Shown: positions 48,544 to 56,443 of the stretch, in pieces
Layout of the letters: each line of letters opens with the position of its first letter
How positions within the stretch are numbered: the first letter of the stretch is position 1
NCBI GenBank assembly: GCA_965116905.1
Contig: OZ220732.1
Coordinates: 1,696,001 to 1,760,000, forward strand
Reading direction: 5' to 3'
DNA from: Longimicrobiales bacterium
Lineage (GTDB): Bacteria; Gemmatimonadota; Gemmatimonadetes; Longimicrobiales; Gaopeijiaceae
Length of the DNA stretch: 64,000 nucleotides
Notes under the pieces: model-generated
Seen by the model: the letters and a program-made list of their open reading frames with translations, nothing else
Told to the model about the DNA's origin: nothing
Databases searched by the model: none
Made by a program: the position numbers and the translations under genes

Positions 48544-50420
48544 CGACGCGGCGCAGGTTCGGCGTCGTCGTCGCCGCGGTGCTGGTCCTGGGGAGTTGCG
48601 TCGATCTGGCGCTGGAACCGCAGCGCGAACTGTCCTCGCTGGTGATCTCGCCATCGGACACCGTGCTCATTGTGGGGGACCGGGTGCGCTTCGAGGTCGC
48701 GGCCCTCGACCAGCACGGCGACACTCTGGCGCCCTGGCCTGCCTGGGCGGAGCCGGCGTGGTCGTCGGCGGACCCCGATGCCATCTGGATCTACGACGAT
48801 GGCCGCGCGGAAGCGCTCGGGCACTCCCGAACCGAAATCCGGGTCTCGTTTGCCGGCCTGAAAGCCCGTACCCGGCTCAGGATCAACCCCCCCAGCCTGG
48901 TCTTGACCGCCCCGTATTTCTACCTCACGCAGGGCATTCAGAACCGCGACCGGAGGGTGCCCCTGATGGCGGGACGCGAGGCTCTGCTGCGCGTGTTCGT
49001 CACCGGAGACCAGGACAGCTTCTACCAGCCGCACGTGGTCGCCCTCTTCTACCACGGCGACCGGCTGGCCTACGGCGCGGACATGCGCATCGATTCCGAA
49101 GTGCTGCCCGGAGAGGTCCACGAGGGCAGCCTGGATCAGTCGTTCAATGCGGTGATTCCGGGTTGGGTCATCAGGCCCGGCACAAGGATGGTGATCGAGC
49201 TGGATCGCGACAGAAGCGTGCCGCTGGGTCCTGGAAGCCAGCTCAGAATACCGGCCGCGGGCAGGCTCGAGCTCGACGTGGTGTCGCTGCCCGTCATGGA
49301 CCTGACCGTCGTGCCGATCGTGGTCGCCTCGAAGCCGGACGAGAGCATCTACGACTGGGCGCGGGATCTCGACGCCGACAGCGAACAGCTGCAGTTCATC
49401 CAGTCCGTCATGCCCATCACGGAAATGGTCGTCAGCGTCCACGAAGGATATGTGACAACCGCCGACCTCAGCACCGGGGCCGGATGGGGACAGCTCCTGA
49501 CCGAACTCACCTTCCTGCGCCGCATGGAGCCCGGAAAGGGGTACTACTACGGGGCCATCCTGCTTGACGAGGCGGCGGTCTGGGATGGCCTGGCCTACAT
49601 CGGCTTCCCGCTTGCCATCGGGGCCGCCCATCCTCGCACCCTGGCTCACGAACTGGGGCATACGCTCGGTCTGCGGCACGCACCGTGTGGCGGTGCGATC
49701 GGTCCCGATCCCGCCTACCCATATGAGGGCGGCACGATCGGGGCATGGGGCTACGACTTCCGCGAGGGCCACGTCGTGGACTCGTTCCTCTACAAGGACG
49801 TGATGGGGTATTGCCATCCGTCCTGGATCAGCGACTACAGCTTCGCAAAGGCCCTTGCGTTCCGGACGGAAATGGAGTCGACGGTGCTGCAGGGCTCGGT
49901 CGCCGGGAACATCCGGGGCGCCGCGGACGGCGTGCCAGCCGGCTTCGGATCCCGCGGCGTGTCGGCTGCGGGAGCGTCTACCGGTGACCGAACCCTGTTG
50001 CTGTGGGGCAGGACCGGGCCGGGCATGCTGGCGCTGGAACCGTCCTTCATGGTGGACTTGCCGGTGGCGATGCCCGCCGACGAAGGACCGTACCGTCTGG
50101 AAGGGACGGGGCCGAACGGAGAACTGCGATTCTCATTCAGCTTCGCGCCGCGGCCGGTGGTTTTCGGGAGCGGGCAGTTCCTCTTCACGATTCCCTTCGA
50201 CCCCGCGCGCGACGGGGCGTTGGAAGAGATCGTGCTGTCGGGCCCCGACGGTGTGGTCTCGCTCGAGGCATCGGGGACGGGGCCCATGGCCCTGGTGACG
50301 GATCGAGCGACCGGGCGGGTGCGGGGGATGCTGCGGGACTGGAAAGGGGGCAGCGCGGCCGTGCGGCGCCTGGTGGGCCGGGGCGTGGATGTCACCATCA
50401 GCGAAGGGTTGCCGCACTAG
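48540..50420 (+). CDS. Lipoprotein zinc metalloprotease (M66/StcE-like), paralog 2; probable CTG start
   Basis: CTGA overlap; TTRRRF...LGSC lipobox; HELGHTLGLRHAPCG, DVMGYC; collinear with paralog 1. Confidence 0.85.
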   Translation: MTTRRRFGVVVAAVLVLGSCVDLALEPQRELSSLVISPSDTVLIVGDRVRFEVAALDQHGDTLAPWPAWAEPAWSSADPDAIWIYDDGRAEALGHSRTEIRVSFAGLKARTRLRINPPSLVLTAPYFYLTQGIQNRDRRVPLMAGREALLRVFVTGDQDSFYQPHVVALFYHGDRLAYGADMRIDSEVLPGEVHEGSLDQSFNAVIPGWVIRPGTRMVIELDRDRSVPLGPGSQLRIPAAGRLELDVVSLPVMDLTVVPIVVASKPDESIYDWARDLDADSEQLQFIQSVMPITEMVVSVHEGYVTTADLSTGAGWGQLLTELTFLRRMEPGKGYYYGAILLDEAAVWDGLAYIGFPLAIGAAHPRTLAHELGHTLGLRHAPCGGAIGPDPAYPYEGGTIGAWGYDFREGHVVDSFLYKDVMGYCHPSWISDYSFAKALAFRTEMESTVLQGSVAGNIRGAADGVPAGFGSRGVSAAGASTGDRTLLLWGRTGPGMLALEPSFMVDLPVAMPADEGPYRLEGTGPNGELRFSFSFAPRPVVFGSGQFLFTIPFDPARDGALEEIVLSGPDGVVSLEASGTGPMALVTDRATGRVRGMLRDWKGGSAAVRRLVGRGVDVTISEGLPH

Positions 50421-50439
50421 TGAAGGGTTGCCGCACTAG
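50403..50439. repeat. Perfect 18-bp direct repeat duplicating the protease stop region
   Basis: gaagggttgccgcactag-t-gaagggttgccgcactag. Confidence 0.95.
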
Positions 50440-50454
50440 CGGCATCCCCCTCAG

Positions 50455-50528
50455 TCGGGACGGCCGGATTCGAACCGGCGACCCCCTGAACCCCATTCAG
50501 GTGCGCTACCGGACTGCGCCACGTCCCG
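50455..50528 (-). tRNA. tRNA-Pro(GGG), CCA not encoded
   Basis: CGGGACG acceptor stem, GCGC D-stem, CCTGA-ATGGGGT-TCAGG anticodon arm, GCCGG-TTCGAAT-CCGGC T-arm, discriminator A. Confidence 0.97.
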
Positions 50529-51279
50529 TGGGAGATGAAGCTAAAGGGTCGGCTGCGGATGCGGAACCCGTGTCCCGTTCGATGCGCCCGTCGACCATGT
50601 GGATGACCCGGCGTGCCCTTTCGACGACGCGGGGGTCGTGCGTGGAGAACAGGAACGTGACGCCCTCCTTGCGGTTCAGATGCTCCATCAGCGTGATCAG
50701 GTTCTCCGCCGTCTCGGAATCCACGTTGGCGGTGGGCTCGTCGGCCAGCACAATGGCTGGACGGGCCGCGATGGCGCGGGCGATCGCGACCCGTTGCTGC
50801 TGCCCTCCCGATAGCTCGGTGGGCCGGCGGTCCTCCAGGCCCTCCAATCCGACGTCGCGGAGCAGGTCCATGACGCGTTCCCTGCGCTCGGCCGCGGGCA
50901 CGCCCTGCACCCACATCACCATTTCCGCGTTCTCGTAGGCGGTGAGTACCGGGATCAGGTTGTACGACTGAAAGACGAACCCGATCTGGTCGCGCCTGAG
51001 CCGGCTGAGGTCCCTCCGGGCCATTGCGCTCAGATCCCAGCCGTCGACGGCCACCAGGCCCGAAGTGGGCGTGTCGAGGGCCCCGATCAGGTTCAGCGTC
51101 GTCGTCTTGCCCGACCCGGAGGGGCCGACCAGCGCGGTGAATTCACCCTCGTTGATGTCGAGATCCAGGTCGCGCAGCGCGTGGACTTCGACGGCTCCCT
51201 GGTGGTAGATCTTCGACACCTTCTCCAGGCGCACAACCGGGTAATTCTTCAGATTGGTCTTCTTGAGTATCCGAACCAT
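50506..51279 (-). CDS. ABC transporter ATP-binding protein (LolD/MacB type)
   Basis: GPSGSGKTT, GFVFQSYNL, LSGGQQQRVAIARA, LADEPT, STHD; TGATG coupling at 51279. Confidence 0.93.
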   Translation of the reverse strand: MVRILKKTNLKNYPVVRLEKVSKIYHQGAVEVHALRDLDLDINEGEFTALVGPSGSGKTTTLNLIGALDTPTSGLVAVDGWDLSAMARRDLSRLRRDQIGFVFQSYNLIPVLTAYENAEMVMWVQGVPAAERRERVMDLLRDVGLEGLEDRRPTELSGGQQQRVAIARAIAARPAIVLADEPTANVDSETAENLITLMEHLNRKEGVTFLFSTHDPRVVERARRVIHMVDGRIERDTGSASAADPLASSPTGRGAVR

Positions 51280-52526
51280 CAGCCGATCCTGATGCTTTCG
51301 ACGGGTTTCACTCGTCCGGCGCGCCACGCCGGATAGATGCCCGCGAGGACCACGGCCGCAAACGCGAGAGCCACGATGCGGACGGCGTTCTCGGGGTAGA
51401 TCCCGAACTTCAGCTGGGTCGCCATCGCGACGCCCGAGATCTCGGTGGAGCTGTCGCCGAGCATGGCGCCCATGTCGATGCCGACCCGGCTGAGGTACAG
51501 ATACGGACCGATGGTCAGCACCCCGGCGAGCACCAGGCCGATCACGCCGAGCCACACGCTCTCGTAGACGACCAGCCGGAAGAGCTTCGCGGGACTGAAT
51601 CCTACCGCCATCATGATGCCGAACTCGCGCAGCCGCTCCATGACGCTGACGAACACCGTGTTGAAGATGCCCGCGGCGACCATGAGCGCGATGATGCCGA
51701 TCATGATGACCCCGCCGCCCACCTTCATGGCGATGAAGGTGTAGAGGTCGGGGCGGCCATCGAACCAGGGGACTGCCGCCACTTCGGCGCCCAGCTGCTC
51801 CTGGAGCCGGGCGGCCAGCGCCTCCGACTCTCGGTGGTCGGCGATGAAGATGGCCACTTCGGTGGCTTCGTCGGGGGCGAAGCCGAGCACGCCGCGTGCC
51901 GCCTCGATCGGCAGCAGGACCACCCCGACGTCGATGCTGGGAGAGCCGGTGCGGAGGATTCCCCGTACGCGCCCCAGTCCCGCCACGATCTCGCCGCTGC
52001 GGTCACTGGCCGTGTAGACGACCCGGTCGCCGAGCCCGGCGCCGAGGTTCTGCGCCAGCTGCGCGCCGAGGACCATCCCGGTGCGATCGTCGGCCGCGAA
52101 CATCTCGCCCTCGGAGACCGCTTCCAGGTAGGACAGGGTGGTGGCGTCCTCGGAATCCGGGTCGTACGCGATGAAGGAGGCACCGTAGCTCTCGCGCGCC
52201 GTGCTCACCATGAGCTGGCCGCTGAGGCGCTCGACCGCACGGTCTACCTCCCCGGTGCCGAAGGCGGCTTCGATGAGAGCGTCCGTGCCGGTGACGGTCC
52301 GCGACAGGCTCGGCGTGTCCAGGTATTCGGGGTGTTGCAGCGTCACGTGCCCGCCGCCCATGCGCGCGCCCAGGTCGATCATCTCCTGCCAGTTCCGGTC
52401 CTGTGACGCCATCGAGAAGATCGCGAGGAAGACGCCAAAGGCGATTGACGCCAGGGTCAGCAGGGTTCGGCGGCGGTTCCGGCCCAGGTTCCGCCAGGCC
52501 ATCCGCCAGAGGCTGGTCTTCTTCAT
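51279..52526 (-). CDS. ABC permease (FtsX/LolE/MacB family)
   Basis: MAWRNL.RN.RRT, GI.NT...SV.ER.REFG...AVG, YPAWRA...PVE. Confidence 0.92.
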   Translation of the reverse strand: MKKTSLWRMAWRNLGRNRRRTLLTLASIAFGVFLAIFSMASQDRNWQEMIDLGARMGGGHVTLQHPEYLDTPSLSRTVTGTDALIEAAFGTGEVDRAVERLSGQLMVSTARESYGASFIAYDPDSEDATTLSYLEAVSEGEMFAADDRTGMVLGAQLAQNLGAGLGDRVVYTASDRSGEIVAGLGRVRGILRTGSPSIDVGVVLLPIEAARGVLGFAPDEATEVAIFIADHRESEALAARLQEQLGAEVAAVPWFDGRPDLYTFIAMKVGGGVIMIGIIALMVAAGIFNTVFVSVMERLREFGIMMAVGFSPAKLFRLVVYESVWLGVIGLVLAGVLTIGPYLYLSRVGIDMGAMLGDSSTEISGVAMATQLKFGIYPENAVRIVALAFAAVVLAGIYPAWRAGRVKPVESIRIG

Positions 52527-52541
52527 GACTTCCTCACAAAC

Positions 52542-52570
52542 GATAGCATTATGATATCATTTCAATATCA
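52542..52570. promoter_or_regulatory. AT-rich intergenic element with three 11-bp-phased (G/A)ATA(G/T)CA boxes and an ATGATATCAT palindrome
   Basis: GATAGCA 52542, GATATCA 52553, AATATCA 52564. Confidence 0.45.
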
Positions 52571-52578
52571 ACCATGAT

Positions 52579-53811
52579 TCACTGGTGCCGCATGGCCTCG
52601 ACCGGCTTGATCCGCGCCGCCTTCAGCGCGGGGTAGAGCATCGAGAGCAGGACGATCACGAACATTGCGCTCAGGGGACCGACGATGATCGTCGGGTTGA
52701 CGACACCCCGCATGACCGGGTCGAGACCGATCCCGGTAATCGAGATCTGACCGCCGAGTGCCGCCAGGTCGATGCCCACGCGGGTGACGTAGTAGAGGAG
52801 GGGGATCGCGAGGATCAGTCCCGCCGCGGCGGCCAGCATGGCCTGGAAGAGGCCCTCCCACAGGATCAGGCGGATCACCTTCGTCGGCGAAAGACCCACC
52901 GCCTTCAGCAGGCCCAGTTCCTTGATGCGCTCGAATACGGCCATCAGCGTCGCGTTGACGAGCAGGATCGCGATCGCGAGGTAGACGATCATGAAGAGGA
53001 TGTACATGGTGCTCTCCACCGAGTCGAGCATCGTGGCCAGCGTCGGGAAGAGCTCGCGCCAGGTCAGGACATCGAGGCCGGGGGCCGCGGCCCGGATTTG
53101 GGCGGCCGAGCTGTCGAGGGGCTGGTCCGCGGTGTTGCGCACCACCACCTGATGCGCTCCGCCGGGGAGCACGAAGAAGTCGAGGAAGGCCTGGCGGACA
53201 ACGAAAACGCCGCCTCGGTCGGTTGCCTCGCTGAACGGCGCGAGTATCCCTCGCACCCGGAAGAGATCGTTCGCGATGCTTCCGTCGGTGGCCTGGCTGA
53301 GGAGGACGACCTCATCCCCCAAACCCACGTCCAGCGTTCTGGCAAGCCTGCCGCCGATCACGATCCCGGCGGGGTCGGAGGGATCGAGCCAGCGACCCTC
53401 TGCGACCCGCTCGTAGACGACGCTGACCCGCGCGTCCTGGTCGGTATCGACGCCCCGGAGCGAAACGCCCGCGGACGCCTCGCCCGCAGCCGCCAGCCCG
53501 CCCGCCAGGAGGCGCGCCGAGGCGTCGTAGCCCATGGCGCCGAGGGTGTCCACGAGCTCGGCCGGAGCCGCGATGCGGTCGAAGATGGATGGCTGGGTGC
53601 GGTAGTCCGGCGGGTAGACCTGCATGTCGCCGATCTCGACCTCGACGATCGTGGTCTCCAGGTCGCGCAGGAACCCCTGCACGAACGACGTCCACACGAT
53701 CAGCGTGAGGAGCGCCAGCGTCATCGCCCCGATGGTGGTGAGGGTTCGCCGTCCGTATCGCCACAGGTTGCGCCAGGCCATCACGGCGAGTTTCATGCGG
53801 TTGTGGGTCAT
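52579..53811 (-). CDS. ABC permease (FtsX/LolE/MacB family)
   Basis: MAWRNLWR..RRT, N..LMAVFER.KE.G...AVG, YPALKAARI.PVEA; ATGA overlap with mmuM stop. Confidence 0.92.
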   Translation of the reverse strand: MTHNRMKLAVMAWRNLWRYGRRTLTTIGAMTLALLTLIVWTSFVQGFLRDLETTIVEVEIGDMQVYPPDYRTQPSIFDRIAAPAELVDTLGAMGYDASARLLAGGLAAAGEASAGVSLRGVDTDQDARVSVVYERVAEGRWLDPSDPAGIVIGGRLARTLDVGLGDEVVLLSQATDGSIANDLFRVRGILAPFSEATDRGGVFVVRQAFLDFFVLPGGAHQVVVRNTADQPLDSSAAQIRAAAPGLDVLTWRELFPTLATMLDSVESTMYILFMIVYLAIAILLVNATLMAVFERIKELGLLKAVGLSPTKVIRLILWEGLFQAMLAAAAGLILAIPLLYYVTRVGIDLAALGGQISITGIGLDPVMRGVVNPTIIVGPLSAMFVIVLLSMLYPALKAARIKPVEAMRHQ

Positions 53812-54773
53812 GCCGTAGTGTGCGGCTCGCCCGGTCCGGTGACAAGCGCGGCCCGCATCGCGCGGATGGCCTCGGGCCCGACGCGGCAGCATCCCCCCAC
53901 CGCCACCGCGCCCGCCGCGATCCAGTCCCGGCACGCCTCGGCCCACTCGGGTTCGTCGTCGGCGCGGCCCCAGGTCTTCGTCCCGGCATCCCATTCGCCG
54001 CCGCCGTTCGGGTAGGCGACCACGGGCCTGGTCGTCGCGGCGGCCAGCGTGCGGACGATTGGCGGCAGGAGGCGCGCGGGCGTGCAGTTCACGCCGACCG
54101 CCAGGACGCCCGCGGCTTCGTCCGCCCACGAGCCCACCTCGTCGAGCGGCGTCCCGTCGCTGGTGTGGTGTTTGTCGCGGCACGTAAATGTGAACCAGGC
54201 CGGCTTGTCGGTTGCATCCTCGACGATGTCCGCCAGCGCGCGCGCCTCGGCGAACGAAGGGATCGTCTCGCAGGCGAGGATGTCGGCCGGGGTGCTCGCG
54301 AGGAGGCGCAGGCGCGGGCGGTGGAAGTCGGCGAGCGCGGCCGCGCCGATGCCGTAGTTGCCGTGGTACTCGGAGCCGTCGGCGAGAAGGGCGCCGTAAG
54401 GGCCGATGCTGGCCGCGACGAGAGGGCGGGTGCGTCCCGTGCGGTTGGCCTCGGCGGCCCGGAAGCGGTCGCGTGCGCGAACCGCCAGGTCGACCGCGCC
54501 CCGGAAGACGGCCTCGGCCTGTGCATGCGCGACGCCCCGCGCGGCGAGTCCCTCGAACGTCGCCTGGTACGTCGCCGTGATCACGCAGTCGGCGCCGGCC
54601 CGAAGATACGAGGCGTGGACGGCCTCGATGGCGGCGGGTTCCTCGAGCAGGATCTTCGCGGACCAGAGCGGGTCGTTGAGATCGTGTCCCGCGCGTTCGA
54701 GCTCGGTAGCCAGCCCGCCATCCAGGAGCACGAAGCCCTGACTATGCAGGAAAGCGTCGAAGACCGAAGGCAT
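53808..54773 (-). CDS. mmuM: Homocysteine S-methyltransferase
   Basis: LDGGLATELE, LWSA, TATYQA, SIGPYGA.LADGSEY, ACETIP, GVNC, YPN.G, GGCC. Confidence 0.93.
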   Translation of the reverse strand: MPSVFDAFLHSQGFVLLDGGLATELERAGHDLNDPLWSAKILLEEPAAIEAVHASYLRAGADCVITATYQATFEGLAARGVAHAQAEAVFRGAVDLAVRARDRFRAAEANRTGRTRPLVAASIGPYGALLADGSEYHGNYGIGAAALADFHRPRLRLLASTPADILACETIPSFAEARALADIVEDATDKPAWFTFTCRDKHHTSDGTPLDEVGSWADEAAGVLAVGVNCTPARLLPPIVRTLAAATTRPVVAYPNGGGEWDAGTKTWGRADDEPEWAEACRDWIAAGAVAVGGCCRVGPEAIRAMRAALVTGPGEPHTTA

Positions 54774-56166
54774 AGACGACGATGACAGCGGCCGCGCAGC
54801 CCAGGAAGAGCGGCGGGTTGCCGGCTCCGACGCCGAAGCCGCCCAGGAGCACGAGCGCGACGGCGACGGGGATGACGTAGCGGAACAGGAATCCCCACGC
54901 GGCGCTTGCCCGGACGCGGCCGGCGCCCCGGTTCGCCTCCTCCTGGAACCGCTTCCAACCCCACTGCGACACGATGTACAGCGAGACCAGCAGACCGCCC
55001 GCCGCGAGCATGTAGTCGCTCGAAACGGTGTCGGCGAAGTCGAAGAAGTTCATTCCGAGGATGTGGATGTCGGCCCAGGGGCCCTGTGACATGATGACCG
55101 GCACTCCGACGACGAAGGATCCGATCGCGCACAGGAGCACCGCCTTCCCTCGGGTCATGCGCAGCGAGTCCACGACCGACGACACGAGGATCTCGAAGAC
55201 GGCCACCTGTGACGTGAAGCCGGCGATGATCATCAGGAAGAAGAAGGCGACGCCGAAGACCACGCCGCCGGGCATCTGCTGGAAGAGCGACGTCATCGTC
55301 ACGAAGAGCAGGCCCGCGCCCTGGTCCGGGTTCATGCCGAAGGCGAAGAGGGCGGGGAAGAGAACCAGCCCCGCAACCACCGCAACCCCCGTGTCGAAGG
55401 CGACGACCAGGGCGGCGTTGCCGGGCACGTCGCTGTCCCGCCGGTCCAGGTAGCTGCCCAGACCGAAGGCCGCGGCCATCCCGATGCCGATCGAGAAGAA
55501 CGCCTGCCCGAGCGCCGCAAGGTAGGAGGATGGCTTCAGGGCCGAGAAGTCGGGCGTAAGGTACCAGGCCAGGCCGGCGCCGGCGCCCGGAAGCGTCATC
55601 GCCCGCACCGCCAGCGCCAACAGGATCAGGACCAGCATCGGCATGAGGAACTTGGCGTATCGTTCGACGCCCTTTGCCACCCCCCGGCTCACCACGAACC
55701 CGATGAGCAGCGTGACGAGCAGCGTGTAGCCGAGAACCGGCCCGGGGTTGCCGATGAAGGTGTCGAATGTGGCACGCGTCTCTTCCGGCGACTGCCCCAT
55801 GCCGCCGCCGCCCAGGAGGATGACGAAGTAGGCCGTCATCCACGCGATGATCATGATGTAGTACGACGTGATCAGCACGGCCGAGGCGATCCCAAACCAG
55901 CCGATCAGGTTCCAGGGGCTGGTTTTCGACTCCGTCAGCCGCTGCATTCCCGCGATGGGCGTGAGCTGGGCCTTGCGTCCCAGGGTGATTTCGGCGGTCA
56001 TCAGCGGGATGCCGATGAAGATCGCGAACGCCACGTAGACGAGCAGGAACGCGCCGCCGCCGTTCTCGCCCGCGAGGTAGGGAAACCGCCAGATGTTCCC
56101 CAGCCCCACGGAGAAACCGGCCGTGGCAAGAATGAACCCGACTCTGCTGCTCCATTGTTCGCGCAT
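54742..56166 (-). CDS. Sodium-dependent transporter, NSS/SNF family
   Basis: REQWSSR.GFILA.AG..VGLGNIWRFPY...NGGGAF, ALGQAFFS, G.GL.FVT. Confidence 0.93.
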   Translation of the reverse strand: MREQWSSRVGFILATAGFSVGLGNIWRFPYLAGENGGGAFLLVYVAFAIFIGIPLMTAEITLGRKAQLTPIAGMQRLTESKTSPWNLIGWFGIASAVLITSYYIMIIAWMTAYFVILLGGGGMGQSPEETRATFDTFIGNPGPVLGYTLLVTLLIGFVVSRGVAKGVERYAKFLMPMLVLILLALAVRAMTLPGAGAGLAWYLTPDFSALKPSSYLAALGQAFFSIGIGMAAAFGLGSYLDRRDSDVPGNAALVVAFDTGVAVVAGLVLFPALFAFGMNPDQGAGLLFVTMTSLFQQMPGGVVFGVAFFFLMIIAGFTSQVAVFEILVSSVVDSLRMTRGKAVLLCAIGSFVVGVPVIMSQGPWADIHILGMNFFDFADTVSSDYMLAAGGLLVSLYIVSQWGWKRFQEEANRGAGRVRASAAWGFLFRYVIPVAVALVLLGGFGVGAGNPPLFLGCAAAVIVVYAFGLRRFPA

Positions 56167-56443
56167 GGGGTGTTCGCGTACGTGATGTGGGCGGAAGGCG
56201 GAGGACAGAAGGTAGGGTACCGCGGGGATCGCGGCGAGGGACGGGAGGCCCGGAGATAACCGTTTGGCTTGCTCCAGGATTGATCCAGCCGCTAGTCCGC
56301 ATTCCGGCAGCGCTAGCTGAGAACCCGGGGAGCCATGCGCCGGCCCCGCCCACCTCGGGCGTGCGTATTCCGGGGCCGTCAGCTAGTGTGCCTGCTTCGT
56401 TGAGCAAGCGAACACGGACACGGGTTCAGCACGGAGGACAGTG

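Noticed and set aside
46133..50420. DGR template/variable repeat pair between the two proteases
   Set aside because: Whole-gene paralogy with divergence at all bases; no reverse transcriptase in the window
46115..50528. Genomic island integrated at tRNA-Pro with the 18-bp repeat as att site
   Set aside because: The repeat copies are adjacent and are not tRNA sequence; no integrase, and no distal tRNA 3' copy was noticed
56167..56440. Known SAM/SAH riboswitch upstream of NSS-mmuM
   Set aside because: Core consensus elements not recognisable by eye; kept only as a low-score finding
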